64,000 bases of DNA from Candidatus Multivorans sp. (GCA_965208755.1 OZ242353.1:1045590-1109589); one strand, 5' to 3'. Counted from the stretch's first letter, positions 39,142-49,737 are shown. Notes: generated from the letters alone by a model not told the origin. Program-made: numbers and translations.

Positions 39142-42100
39142 TCAGCGGGCGCAGCTTGCCGGGAACGCCTTCGCGTCGGTGATCGCCGGCGCCTGCACCC
39201 CCGGCTCGTTGCGGTACTCCCGCACCGCGCCCGTCACCGTGTCCCTTACCCGGATCAGATAGCCCAGGTCCGTCGTCGACGCCCCGAAAACCCACGCGTG
39301 GCCGTTCCGGGCGCAGCCGTCCAGCACCTTGATCAGCACCTCCCAGTTGTCCTCGCCGAAGAAACGGAACAGACCCGAGTCGTTCGTGCCCGCGTGAACC
39401 ACCACCCCATGATCGTGATCCGCGTAGCCGCCGCCTTCCCGCCACCAGTCCACCGTCACCGCGTAGCGGGAATCCTGAAGGCACAGCGTCTCCGCGTTCG
39501 CCACGCAACCGCCCGCGGGATCGGACGCCTCGACCAGGAACGTCAGCGACGCCGTCGACTCCACCGACCCGTCGCTCGTCCAGAGCGTGACCTCGTAGAA
39601 ACCCGGCTCGGACCAGGAGTGGCTCACGCTCGCGCCGCGCGGCCGACCGCCGTCGCCGAAGTCCCAGCGCCGCGTACGAACCGTGCCGACGCTCGCGTCC
39701 CGGAACGACACCCGCGCGCCGGTGCGGGCGCGGCAGAACGCGCCCGCGCAATCGGCGTCCGTGCCGATCGAGGCCCGGGGCGGACCGCCACTGCCGCCGC
39801 CGCCGTTGCCGCCGCCACCGTCGGAATCCCCTGGCGGCGTACCGCCACTGCCGCCGCCGCCGTCTCCACCGCCGGGATCCCCTGGGGGCGTACCGCCACT
39901 GCCGCCCCTGCCGTCTCCACCGCCGGGATCCCCTGGGGGCGGACCGCCACCGCCGCCGCCGTCTCCACCGCCGGGATCCCCTGGGGGCGGACCGCCACTG
40001 CCGCCGCCGCCGGCCGCGTCGAGCATCGTGATGGTCGTCGATCCGCCGCCACGAACCCACGACGCCAAAGGTTTCAGGGACAGCACGGCGACCTCGTCGC
40101 CCTCCCGGTAGTGATCGTTCCGCACGGCGAGCGGGAACTCCACGCTGGTCACGCCCCTCGCGAACGACAGGCGCGAAGGCGCGCCCGAGTAGTCGTACTT
40201 CGATGCGCCCTCCCCGAAGCCGTGCAGAAGCTCGACCTGGAACCCCTCCTCCGGCGCCGGCTCGGCGCGCACGACGACGGTCGCGGCCTCGCCCTCGGCC
40301 AGCACGAAGCCGGACGACTCGAACGACACCCGCACCGCCGCGAAGTCGTCGTCCTCGATCGCGCCTTCCGCCTCCAGGAACGAACCGCCGCCCTGGAGCG
40401 CCGCGTTCACGGCGTTGCGCAGGATCAGGCCGAACCTCTCCTCCTCCTCCTCGTCGCCGTCGTCGTCGATGACGGGAACCAGGATCTCCCGGGTCGAGGC
40501 CGCACCCGCCGCGAAGGTCAGCCTGCCGCTCGTCTCCGCGTAGTCCGAACCGGCCCGCGCGCCCGCGGAACCCGAACCGTCGACCGTCGCGTAGTCGACC
40601 GAAACCTCCGACGGACTCGACGCGCTCAGAGTCACCTGGAAACGGAGCGAACCCGTTCCTTCGACGGCCCGAGCCGGCGCGACGAAGAGCGTCGGAGCGT
40701 CGTCCTCCACCACCGTCACCGTCACCGACGGCGCCGCGACCGAAGCCTGGCCCGGACCGCTCACGTCGTGCCGAATCTCGATCGGAGCGTTCGCCTCGGC
40801 GTCCCCGTCCTGGGCGGCCCGAACCGTGACCGCGACGCCCGACGCCCAGTTCGTGTTGTCCAACGTCAGGGAGGAGGGACTGACCGAGATCCCGCCGCTC
40901 CCCACCACCGACGGCGTCACCACGACCCGGCCGCGCGGAATCGCGTTCAGGGACACCCGGTAGCCGCCGCTCGCGCCCTCCACGATCCAAAGAGCATCGG
41001 GCGCCGCCGCCGCTTCCAGAGCCGGACGAACGAGCAGGTTCACGACGAGCGTCGTCACCACGTTCGAGCCGCCGGGGTCTCGAGCGGACACGAGGACATC
41101 CTTCATCCCCGGCGCGAGCGGCGTCAGCGTGAGCGTCGAGTCCGAAAGGAAGAGCGACGCGTACGGCTCTCCCGAGTCCACCGCATAGGTCAGAGGGTCC
41201 CGGTCCCAGAACAAGAGAGAAAGATCCTCGGTTCCGGCGCCTTCCCCCATCCTCAGGCTGAAGACGTGCGCCGATCCGGAAGCCGCCGGCGGCGAGTTGC
41301 TCCTCGTCACCGTGAAGGACTGCGATGCCGGAGCGGAGCGGCCGTCGTCCGCCGTCACGGTCACCACCGAAACACGGAACGGCCCCGGGCCGATCTCGAC
41401 GATCGAACCGGCGACCCTGAGGCCGAGGAACCCATCGGAGGACGAGGCTCGGTAGGTGAGGGGGTCGCCGTCGGGATCCTCGAAAGCCCCCTCGACGTTC
41501 ACGGGGAACCAGCCGGCTTCCGGCAGAAGCACCAGTGACGACATGGTCCCGACGGCCACGGGAGGCTGGTTCTCCACGGCAACGTGGAAGCTCTGCCTGA
41601 CCGTCGTGTCCGACCCGGACTCGTCCGTCGCGGTCACGGTCACCGCCGCCGACCGGCCGACAAGCGGCGTCACCGTCAGGATCGACCCCGAAACCGCTAC
41701 CGACACCACCTCCTCGTCCGACGACGAGGCGCCGTACGTCAGCGCGTCCAGGTCGGCGTCCTGGAACGCCGGCGCCAGGTCCACCGTGACGTCGCCGTCG
41801 CTCACCCTGAGCGACAGCGCGGCCAGGGCGCCCGCGGCCTCCGGCGAGCGGTTGTCGGCCACGACCACTTCGAAGGTCGCCTCGGCAACGGTGGGGTCGT
41901 AATCGTCCGTCGCCGTGACCGTGATCGTCGCCGTTCCCGCCGCCACCGGCGAGATCGTGACCGTGGAACCCGAGACCGCCACCGTCACCCGCGAGGGGTC
42001 GGACGACGACGCGCCGTAACTCAGGTCGTCGCCGTAGGGATCGCGAAAGGCGTAGCCGACGTCGACGTCCAGCGAACCGGCGGCCGTGCCGTCCGACGCC

Positions 42101-43515
42101 CTCAGAGCCTTGTCGTGGAGAATGTCCACCACTTCGGGCGGGCCGTTGAGGCGGCCGCCGTCGATCAGGGGATCGCCCGTTCCTTCCGGGTCGAGCCAAC
42201 GGCTCAGGCCGCCCTCGTCCCACGACACCGAGAACCGCCCGTAGTTGCTGAAACCGCTCGGGTCGCAGGTGCTGTCGCCACCAATGAGCTGACCGGCGAC
42301 GCGTCCGTTCTGATCGAACAGCGGCGAACCCGAAGACCCTCCCTCCGTTCTCCCGACGTCCCAGGCCACCCGGAGAGCTTCGGCCCCGAGGAAGTAGCCG
42401 ATGTCGGCCCGATCGCCGTCGAGGGCGATCGACTTGACGTGGCCCCGCGGATGGTGGATGCCGGCCGACGAGGTCGGGGCGTCCCCCCGGCTGTCCCAAC
42501 CCGCCAGGTACAGGTCGTGCGACGGGTCCAGAGCATCGTCCAGCTCGAGAAGGTCGAAATCGGACTCCGCGCTCGACGCCCTGAGGTAGGCCCCGGTCTG
42601 GAAGCTACCTTGAGAACCCTCGCGTCCGCCGCACGTGGGGCTCTCGTAGCCCCAGTAGACGACGGCCGAAGCGGGCTCGGCGACCGCGCCGACATAACCA
42701 GGCGGGGGGACGCGGCAATGCCGCGCGGTCAGGAAGTAGGGCTTGCGGTCCTTCGCGGTGTTGTTCAGCAGGACGCCGCTGCAGCTCCCGCCTCCGTAGG
42801 TAATCAGGCCGACGCTCGCCACCTGGTCCCGGTACGGGTCCGCCTGGGAACAGACCGTGTCGATGTGGCAGGACTCGTGGTTGGGCGACCTCACCCGCGC
42901 GAGATCCCGGAAACCGCGGTTGACCGCGCCGAGCTCGAGCTCCAGCTCCCCCTTCCGCGCCGCCGGCACCACCACCTCGATCACCGCCTCCCCGCCCTCG
43001 ATCACCGGCGTCCACAACTGACCGTGGTCCTCGTTGTCCGCCGACGTGAACGGCCGGATCGAGTCCGTCTCCCCGGGCGCGTGAATCCGCAGCCAACCGC
43101 CCCGAGGCATGACGTAGCGGGTAAAACCGAAATCGAGACTCACCGCGCCGGCGGAAGCCACCCGAAGACGCCATACCGCCGTCCGCCCGTCGTTCACGGT
43201 CTCCCAGCGACCGAGCGAATAGGGATCCCCGTTCTCCACCGCGAACGGCTCCGCGTACCGCCAGGGCCCACCGACGTCGAGCTCGGCGATCGACCGGCTC
43301 AGGACGACGCTGATCGCCGGCAACTCGAGCAGATCGACTTCCTCCAGCGGCGCCAGACCGTCCAGATTCAAGGCCGGCGCCGGGAGGACGGGCTGGGCCG
43401 CCAGACCCGCCGGCAGGAACGACCAGGCCGCCAGGATCAGGGCCATGCTCGACAAGGACGGCGACGCTTGCGCCGCGCGTCCTCGAACCGTCGACCCGCT
43501 GTCCGGATTCCGCAT
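39142..43515 (-). CDS. Lysyl-endopeptidase-like S1 protease, paralog of 34643-39079
   Basis: LTARHC, DFDLLEL, TEGGSSGSPL; signal peptide ...PAGLAA-Q; ATG at 43515 inferred from operator spacing. Confidence 0.9.
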   Translation of the reverse strand: MRNPDSGSTVRGRAAQASPSLSSMALILAAWSFLPAGLAAQPVLPAPALNLDGLAPLEEVDLLELPAISVVLSRSIAELDVGGPWRYAEPFAVENGDPYSLGRWETVNDGRTAVWRLRVASAGAVSLDFGFTRYVMPRGGWLRIHAPGETDSIRPFTSADNEDHGQLWTPVIEGGEAVIEVVVPAARKGELELELGAVNRGFRDLARVRSPNHESCHIDTVCSQADPYRDQVASVGLITYGGGSCSGVLLNNTAKDRKPYFLTARHCRVPPPGYVGAVAEPASAVVYWGYESPTCGGREGSQGSFQTGAYLRASSAESDFDLLELDDALDPSHDLYLAGWDSRGDAPTSSAGIHHPRGHVKSIALDGDRADIGYFLGAEALRVAWDVGRTEGGSSGSPLFDQNGRVAGQLIGGDSTCDPSGFSNYGRFSVSWDEGGLSRWLDPEGTGDPLIDGGRLNGPPEVVDILHDKALRASDGTAAGSLDVDVGYAFRDPYGDDLSYGASSSDPSRVTVAVSGSTVTISPVAAGTATITVTATDDYDPTVAEATFEVVVADNRSPEAAGALAALSLRVSDGDVTVDLAPAFQDADLDALTYGASSSDEEVVSVAVSGSILTVTPLVGRSAAVTVTATDESGSDTTVRQSFHVAVENQPPVAVGTMSSLVLLPEAGWFPVNVEGAFEDPDGDPLTYRASSSDGFLGLRVAGSIVEIGPGPFRVSVVTVTADDGRSAPASQSFTVTRSNSPPAASGSAHVFSLRMGEGAGTEDLSLLFWDRDPLTYAVDSGEPYASLFLSDSTLTLTPLAPGMKDVLVSARDPGGSNVVTTLVVNLLVRPALEAAAAPDALWIVEGASGGYRVSLNAIPRGRVVVTPSVVGSGGISVSPSSLTLDNTNWASGVAVTVRAAQDGDAEANAPIEIRHDVSGPGQASVAAPSVTVTVVEDDAPTLFVAPARAVEGTGSLRFQVTLSASSPSEVSVDYATVDGSGSAGARAGSDYAETSGRLTFAAGAASTREILVPVIDDDGDEEEEERFGLILRNAVNAALQGGGSFLEAEGAIEDDDFAAVRVSFESSGFVLAEGEAATVVVRAEPAPEEGFQVELLHGFGEGASKYDYSGAPSRLSFARGVTSVEFPLAVRNDHYREGDEVAVLSLKPLASWVRGGGSTTITMLDAAGGGGSGGPPPGDPGGGDGGGGGGPPPGDPGGGDGRGGSGGTPPGDPGGGDGGGGSGGTPPGDSDGGGGNGGGGSGGPPRASIGTDADCAGAFCRARTGARVSFRDASVGTVRTRRWDFGDGGRPRGASVSHSWSEPGFYEVTLWTSDGSVESTASLTFLVEASDPAGGCVANAETLCLQDSRYAVTVDWWREGGGYADHDHGVVVHAGTNDSGLFRFFGEDNWEVLIKVLDGCARNGHAWVFGASTTDLGYLIRVRDTVTGAVREYRNEPGVQAPAITDAKAFPASCAR

Positions 43516-43550
43516 CCGCCGACTCTTGCAGATTGACCGGCGGGAGCGCC

Positions 43551-43566
43551 CCTGCAAATTTGAGGG
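43551..43566 (-). promoter_or_regulatory. Operator candidate CCCTCAAATTTGCAGG
   Basis: Consensus match; TGC-AAGAGT extended -10-like element, and an in-frame ATG 36 bp downstream. Confidence 0.7.
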
Positions 43567-43575
43567 CCGGGCGGC

Positions 43576-46500
43576 TCAGCGGGCGCAGCTTGCCGGGAAC
43601 GCGGTCACGTCGGTGATCGCCGGCGCCTGCACGCCCGGCTCGTTGCGGTACTCCTTCACCGCCCCCGTCGCCGTGTCCCTTACCCGGATCACGTAGCCCA
43701 GGTCCGTCGTCGACGCCCCGAACACCCACGCGTGGCCGTTCAGGGCGCAGCCGTCCAGCACCTTGACCAGCACCTCCCAGTTGCTCGCGCCGAAGAACTG
43801 GAACATCCCCGAGTCGTCCGTGCCCGCGTGAACCACCGTGCCGACGCCGGCGGCGGCCGCATTCCACCAGTCCACCGTGACCGCGTAGCGCGAGTCCCGG
43901 AGACAGCGGGTCCGGTCGTCCGCCACGCAGGTCCCCGCGGGCGAAGCCGCCTCGACCAGGAAGGTCAACGACGCGATCGACGCGACCGCCCCGTCCGACA
44001 CCGTGAGCGTCACGTCGTAGAACCCCGGCGTCGACCAGGCGTGGCTCACGCTCGCGCCGCGCGGCCGCCGGCCGTCGCCGAAGTCCCAGAGACGCGAGCG
44101 GACGGCGCCGCCGCTGGCGTCCCGGAACGACAGCCGCGCGCCGGCGCGGACCCGGCAGAACGTCCCTTCGCATTCGGCGTCCGTCGCGATCGCGGCCCGG
44201 GGCGGCCCGCCGCCGCCACCGGTCCCGCCCCCGCCGGGAACGCCGCCGCCATCGCCGCCATCGCCGTCACCGCCGTCGTCTTCCGCCTCCCCGGGGGGCG
44301 GCCCGCCGCCGGAGGGAGGACCTCCCCCGCCGCCAACGCCTCCCCCGCCGCCGGACGGAGGACCGCCGGCACCGCCGCCGCCGTCGTTGTCGGCGATCGC
44401 GATCGTCGTGCGACCGTCCCCGGTCACCCGGGGCGGCAACGACACGAAGCTCAGCACCACCGCTTCGCCGTCATCGTCGATGATGTCGTCCGTCGCGGCC
44501 ACCAGGAACTCCTGACGCCTCACGCCGGGGCCGAACGTCACGCTCCGAGGCACGCCCGAGTAGTCGGCGATCGTCGCCCCGCCGTGGTGCGCCGACTCCA
44601 GGAAGATCTCCAGAGCCCGCTCCGGGTCCTTGTCCAGCCGGACCGCCACGTCCGCCGTGCCGCCCTCGGTCACGCCGTAGGTCGGCGATCCGAACGACAC
44701 CTCGACCTCCGGATCGTCGTCGTCCCGGATCGTCCCCGGAACCTCCAGCGTCGAACCGCCGCCGGCCAGCGACGCGTGCCGGGCATTGCGCAGCCGCAGC
44801 CGGAACGTCTCCTCCTCCTCCTCGTCCTCGGTATCGTCGACGATGTCCAGGACGATCCGCCGCGCGACCGTCGTCGCCGGGAAGGTCAGCGTGCCCGCCG
44901 CGGCCGTGTAGTCCGAGGGAGACCGGGCCGCCCCGGTTCCGGTCCCGTCCGACGTCTCGTAGTCGACGGCGACCTCGTCGCTGCTTGGAACGCTGAGGGT
45001 GACCTCGAAGGTCATCGAACCCGCCGACTCCAGGGCTCGGACCGGCTCCACCGAAAGCGTGGGGGAATCGTCCTCGACGACGGTCACTTCCAGGGGCGCC
45101 GCCCTCACGGCGCCGTAGTCGCCGCCGCCCACTTCGTGCAGGATCGTCACCGGAGGATCGGAAACCGCGTCCGCGTCCTGCACGGCCTCCACGGTCACCG
45201 CCCGCGGCGCGTCCCAGTCGCCCGCCGCGAAGGTCAAGGACGCCGGCGCGACGGTGATCTTCATGCTTCCCGCGACGGACGGCGTCACCACGACCGGGCC
45301 GGTCGGTTCGGCGTCCAGGACAACCGTGTACGTCGCCGTCGCCCCCTCGGCGATCGTCAGCGCATCGCGCGAGATCGTCACGCCGCGCCGGCCCTTCACT
45401 CTCACGCCGAAGGTCTGGGTCGCCGGCGAGTTCGACCCGGCGATGTCCGTCGCCGTCACCGTGATCGTGGCCGTCCCGCGAGCCACCGGAACGAGGGTGA
45501 CCTGCGCCCCCGAAGCCGACGCCCCGGCCACCCCGGGCGCCGACGACGACGCGTCGTAGGTCAGCGCGTCCGTGTCCGGGTCCTCGAACGCGCCCGCGAC
45601 ATCGACGACCCGGTCGGGGTCGCCCACCCGGAGGTCGGGGCCGACCAGGGAACCCACGGCCACCGGGGCCCGGTTCCGGAGCGTGGAGGCCGACATCGTC
45701 GCGGACCACGGGCTCGAACCCCGGTCGTTCACGGCCCGCACCTGAACGTCGTACGCCGTACCGTCCGGGAGGCCGGTCAACGTGTAGCTCAGCGGACCCG
45801 TCGTCCAGGCCTCCGTCCGCTCGCTCCAGTTGCCGTCCGTCTTGTCGGGCGCGTCGGACCGGATATGGCGCAGGTCGTAGGAAGTCACCGTCGACGCGCC
45901 GGGCCAGGCCGGTTCGGTCCACGCGACGGCCAGGGACCTCCGAAGCGGGTCCACCGACGAGACCGCCGGCGCGGCCGGCCTCGACCGGTGCCCGTAGAGC
46001 ACGAGATTCCACGAGTTCAGCGTGGCGGCGGCGCCGCCCGTCACTTCGTCGGCGATGCGCAGTTTCCAGGTCCCCGCCGGGTCCTCGCCCAGGTGCCGCG
46101 AGGAACCGAACCGGAACGGCTCGTGGAGCCCGTACCTGTCTCCGCAGGGATCGTCGTACGGAAGGGACAGGACCGAAACGGCGCCGGCCGGCGATTCCAG
46201 TTCCAGCTTCAGATCCAGGAAGGCGTCGGCAGTGAAGTCCGTGTTCACCTCCACGTACTCGACGAACTCGATCGGGCCGCCGGCGTGGACTTCGAGCGTG
46301 CTGGAGGCGGCGCCGCCGTCCGCCACGGTCACGGCGGAAGCCTGCTCGACGGCGTCCGCCTCGACGAAAGCGGGCAGCAGGGTCCATGCGGCGGCGAGAT
46401 CCAGCGCGGCCCCGGCGTTCACCAGCCCGAATCCGTACTCGTGGTTGAACCGATACCGGTCCGAGTCGGCGCCGTACTTCAGGGCGCCCGAACTCCAGCC

Positions 46501-49500
46501 GGAGTTGCCCGGATCGTTCTCGCTCGCCGACGCCGCCAGGATCAGCTTGACGTCGCGCCAGGTGAGATTCGGGTACGCCCCCCGCAGCAGCGCAACGACT
46601 CCGCTGACCTGGGGCGCCGCGGCCGACGTGCCGCCCAGGAACTGGTAGCGGCTGTAGTTCGTCGTCGTGAGGTTCCGTCGGCCGTTCGTCCTTACGTCGT
46701 CGACGGGAGCGCACACCCACAGATTGGCGCCCCGCTCCGAGTAGGACGACCTCACGCCGTTCTGCAGGGTCGCGCAGACGGCGGTGACGGCGTGGAAGTT
46801 GTTCATCTCGTCGTGATTCGACTGATCGCCGTCGTTGCCGCCGTTGCCCGCCGCCCAGACGTAGACCACGCCCTTGCCGCCGTTGCCCGTCTCGACTCCC
46901 GTCTCGACCGCCATCTCCCAGCTCGCGCCGACGGCACTGAGGCCGGGCCGGTCCCGAAAACCCCAACTGTTGTTGGATACCGCCGTCGTCGCCGCGCCCC
47001 TTGTCATCGCGTCCACCCTGTTGACGTCCGTCGACGCGGTCAGGAAGTTGTGCGACCAGATCTTCGCCCGAGGCGCCACCCCCCGGCCTCCGATCGAGTT
47101 GTCCCTGGACGCGATCACTCCGCCCACGGCGACGCCATGATCCTCCAGCGGCGACAGCACCTGGCCGTTTCCCGCGTAGTCGTGATTCCTGGCCGCGTCG
47201 ACGTTGTCCACCAGGTCCGGGTGGGCGGGATCGAGCCCGTCGTCGACCACGACCACGGGCACGTTCTCGCCGAAGCGCCCCGACGCCCACGCCGGCCCGA
47301 CGTCGATGTCCCAGACTCCGGCATCCCCATTCTCCAGTTGCCACTGGCAACCGAAGAGCGAATCCTCACGGGACGACGACCTTGCCGAACAGTCCGCGAT
47401 CACGGATGCCTGAGAGTCCGTTTCCAGATGCACCGTGTAGGCGGTGGCCTGGTCGGCCGTGAGTCTCAGGTAGTGGTCGCCCGCGCTCAGCGTGGCGACG
47501 ATCACGAACCCCTCGGGATCGATGTCGCACGCGCTGAGCATGCCCTCGGAATCCTGGTAGCGGCAGGCCGTGAACTTCTGCTCCTGGTGGCGGGTCACCG
47601 TCACCGGTTCGTCCGCTCCGTTCACGAGGACGCCGTCGAGGTCGGCGCTTCCGCCCCAGCCCAGAATGATCACGGACCGCTCCCCGTCGAGCGAGAAGCG
47701 CAGGTAGTCCTTCTCGGTCGCCGAAGCGATGTTTCCTCCGGCCGGAAGGGACAGGGAGACCTCCTCGGCGGTGGCGATCGTGTTGCCCGGCTCGGTCAAC
47801 CGCAGCGCGAACAGCTCGTACGGCGCCGGCTCTTCCCGGCGGCAACTCGGAACCGGACCGCGCGTCCCGGTATCGCCATCCACCTTCAGGTAGTAGGTGC
47901 CGGCAGTCAGTTCCCGCCGCACCAGGAACCACTCCGGTTGCGACGGGAACCACCCGTGATCGCTATCGAGGAGCTCGTCTCCGTTCTCGGCAAGCAGGGT
48001 CGCGCGCGTATCGGCGCCGTCCGATCTGGCGTAGATCGCGTAATCGCCGTCCGCCGGAACGTCGAGACGGAAATAGTCGTCATCGTCGTAGCGCTCCGTG
48101 AAAACGCCAAGGGCCTCGCCGAACGTCGAGAACCGGCCCTCCTGGAACGTATCGGCGTCCCCCGCGCTCTCCGTATCGCGAACCGCCCAGTAGTGCAGCC
48201 CGAAGCCGCCGGAGTGGTCGTCGCCGTACTCGTTGACGTCAAGGTAGTAGGTCCCCGCCTCCAACGTCTCGACGAGCAGGAAGTGGCGGCCGGAGCCGCC
48301 ATCCGCGTCGCTGTCGATCTCCGCCCCCGTCGAGTCGTAAAGCACCGCGTCCACGTCCGTCTGGCCGCAGCAACTCTGAATCACCACGGACCTTTCCTCC
48401 GCCAGCGTGAACGTGAATCTGTCGGTCTCCCCAAGATCGATGTCGTGATCGACGGTGACATCCGACCGAATCGTCGCGGCCGTGTCGTTCGTGCTCCCGG
48501 GCTCCAGCGGCGTGCCGGTTGCCGTCGCGGACCAGGCAGTGACGGGAACGCCGCCCGACCAGCCGCGAACCTGCACGTCGTACCGCGTTCCGTTGGTCAG
48601 TCCTCCGGTGTCGACGAACCGGCCGCGGTTGTTGTAGTAGCCGGTCCGGTCCACGAACATGAGCCGGTTCGACCCGAAGCGCCCCCTGAAGGTCTCGTCC
48701 GCCTGAAAGACGCGCCAGTTCGCATCGTCCAGCTTGGCCGCGGAATCCGACGGAACGATCCGAGCCTCGTAGGCCAACTCCTCCCCCAACTGCTCGAAGA
48801 GAACCGTCAGCGACTCGTCCCCCGAACCGACGGCCGCGATCGCGTGCACGTCGGCGCTCGCCGCCGAAGCGACGGCGTTGATGAAGAAGCCGCCGCTGGG
48901 ATTGCCGGTTTCGCCGTCGACCTTGACGTAGTAGGCGCCCGCGTCGAGGACCAGCTCGAAGCGGACGTTGTCGTTCGTGGCGCTCCGGTCGCCGGAGGTT
49001 CTGACGATGGTCCCGGTCGAGTCCTGGAGTTCGGCCACGGGATCGACGGAGTCCGGAGAATCGCTGAACGTGGTGACCGTGAGCCAACTCCGCTCCGTCA
49101 GGGTGACGCTGAAGAAGTCGGTATCGGCCGAGTCGAAGATCCAACCGTAGAGTTCGACGCCGTCGGTCGGGAGCGCCAGGGCGGACGCCTGATTCGACCC
49201 CGGCTCCGCGGGCGTCACCGTCATCGTCGACGTCCACGGCCCGTAGTCGACGCCGTCCCCCGATTGCATCTGCACGTCGTACCGGGTGCCGTTCGCAAGC
49301 CACACCCAGTCCCCCGCGCCGTTGTCGGCCCAGCCTCCGAACTGGACGCCGTAGACGTCGTCGCCAACCTCGTAGCTGGTGGCCGCCTGAACCAGGAACC
49401 AGTTGTCGTCAGCCTTGTCCGCGGCGTCGCTTGCGATGAAACGGACCCAGTACTCCGTGGCGTCCGCCACCGGCCTGTACACGATGGTCGCCGCGCCGTC

Positions 49501-49644
49501 CGAACCCAGCACCCGTTGCACGGCCGGAGGAGCGGGCTGCGCGAGCGCCGGAACGGCGCCGAGGAGCCAGACGCCCAGAGCGCCGCATCGCAGGCGCCAG
49601 GCCCGTCTCGTTCCCCTGGAATCCTTCTGACCCGCTTCGCCCAC
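43576..49644 (-). CDS. Kexin-like S8 serine protease with Fn3, PPC-like, P-domain and Calx-beta domains and the shared C-terminal module
   Basis: Signal peptide (ALA-Q); VVDDG, DHGVAVGG, AAGNG, GGTSAAAP, LTWRDVK, EYGFG; P-domain GEDPAGTWKLRI. Confidence 0.93.
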   Translation of the reverse strand: MGEAGQKDSRGTRRAWRLRCGALGVWLLGAVPALAQPAPPAVQRVLGSDGAATIVYRPVADATEYWVRFIASDAADKADDNWFLVQAATSYEVGDDVYGVQFGGWADNGAGDWVWLANGTRYDVQMQSGDGVDYGPWTSTMTVTPAEPGSNQASALALPTDGVELYGWIFDSADTDFFSVTLTERSWLTVTTFSDSPDSVDPVAELQDSTGTIVRTSGDRSATNDNVRFELVLDAGAYYVKVDGETGNPSGGFFINAVASAASADVHAIAAVGSGDESLTVLFEQLGEELAYEARIVPSDSAAKLDDANWRVFQADETFRGRFGSNRLMFVDRTGYYNNRGRFVDTGGLTNGTRYDVQVRGWSGGVPVTAWSATATGTPLEPGSTNDTAATIRSDVTVDHDIDLGETDRFTFTLAEERSVVIQSCCGQTDVDAVLYDSTGAEIDSDADGGSGRHFLLVETLEAGTYYLDVNEYGDDHSGGFGLHYWAVRDTESAGDADTFQEGRFSTFGEALGVFTERYDDDDYFRLDVPADGDYAIYARSDGADTRATLLAENGDELLDSDHGWFPSQPEWFLVRRELTAGTYYLKVDGDTGTRGPVPSCRREEPAPYELFALRLTEPGNTIATAEEVSLSLPAGGNIASATEKDYLRFSLDGERSVIILGWGGSADLDGVLVNGADEPVTVTRHQEQKFTACRYQDSEGMLSACDIDPEGFVIVATLSAGDHYLRLTADQATAYTVHLETDSQASVIADCSARSSSREDSLFGCQWQLENGDAGVWDIDVGPAWASGRFGENVPVVVVDDGLDPAHPDLVDNVDAARNHDYAGNGQVLSPLEDHGVAVGGVIASRDNSIGGRGVAPRAKIWSHNFLTASTDVNRVDAMTRGAATTAVSNNSWGFRDRPGLSAVGASWEMAVETGVETGNGGKGVVYVWAAGNGGNDGDQSNHDEMNNFHAVTAVCATLQNGVRSSYSERGANLWVCAPVDDVRTNGRRNLTTTNYSRYQFLGGTSAAAPQVSGVVALLRGAYPNLTWRDVKLILAASASENDPGNSGWSSGALKYGADSDRYRFNHEYGFGLVNAGAALDLAAAWTLLPAFVEADAVEQASAVTVADGGAASSTLEVHAGGPIEFVEYVEVNTDFTADAFLDLKLELESPAGAVSVLSLPYDDPCGDRYGLHEPFRFGSSRHLGEDPAGTWKLRIADEVTGGAAATLNSWNLVLYGHRSRPAAPAVSSVDPLRRSLAVAWTEPAWPGASTVTSYDLRHIRSDAPDKTDGNWSERTEAWTTGPLSYTLTGLPDGTAYDVQVRAVNDRGSSPWSATMSASTLRNRAPVAVGSLVGPDLRVGDPDRVVDVAGAFEDPDTDALTYDASSSAPGVAGASASGAQVTLVPVARGTATITVTATDIAGSNSPATQTFGVRVKGRRGVTISRDALTIAEGATATYTVVLDAEPTGPVVVTPSVAGSMKITVAPASLTFAAGDWDAPRAVTVEAVQDADAVSDPPVTILHEVGGGDYGAVRAAPLEVTVVEDDSPTLSVEPVRALESAGSMTFEVTLSVPSSDEVAVDYETSDGTGTGAARSPSDYTAAAGTLTFPATTVARRIVLDIVDDTEDEEEEETFRLRLRNARHASLAGGGSTLEVPGTIRDDDDPEVEVSFGSPTYGVTEGGTADVAVRLDKDPERALEIFLESAHHGGATIADYSGVPRSVTFGPGVRRQEFLVAATDDIIDDDGEAVVLSFVSLPPRVTGDGRTTIAIADNDGGGGAGGPPSGGGGGVGGGGGPPSGGGPPPGEAEDDGGDGDGGDGGGVPGGGGTGGGGGPPRAAIATDAECEGTFCRVRAGARLSFRDASGGAVRSRLWDFGDGRRPRGASVSHAWSTPGFYDVTLTVSDGAVASIASLTFLVEAASPAGTCVADDRTRCLRDSRYAVTVDWWNAAAAGVGTVVHAGTDDSGMFQFFGASNWEVLVKVLDGCALNGHAWVFGASTTDLGYVIRVRDTATGAVKEYRNEPGVQAPAITDVTAFPASCAR

Positions 49645-49721
49645 CAGATCGGCCCGGGTATGGTCGCAACTTCCCGCTTCCGTGTTTCGGACAACGCTAA
49701 ACGCCTCCAGCCCGTTCGTCG

Positions 49722-49737
49722 CCTACAGGACTGAGGG
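49722..49737 (-). promoter_or_regulatory. Operator candidate CCCTCAGTCCTGTAGG, with -10-like TAGCGT at 49699-49694
   Basis: Consensus match at the head of the minus-strand array. Confidence 0.7.

Noticed and set aside
5805..40010. Tandem repeats as a CRISPR array
   Set aside because: They are in-frame coding linkers without unique spacers; no cas genes are present.
15959..49734. Very long plus-strand ORFs (15959-20422, 22150-25968, 29667-33566, 43732-49734 and others)
   Set aside because: Antisense shadows of high-GC genes; Arg-rich, with no recognisable motifs.
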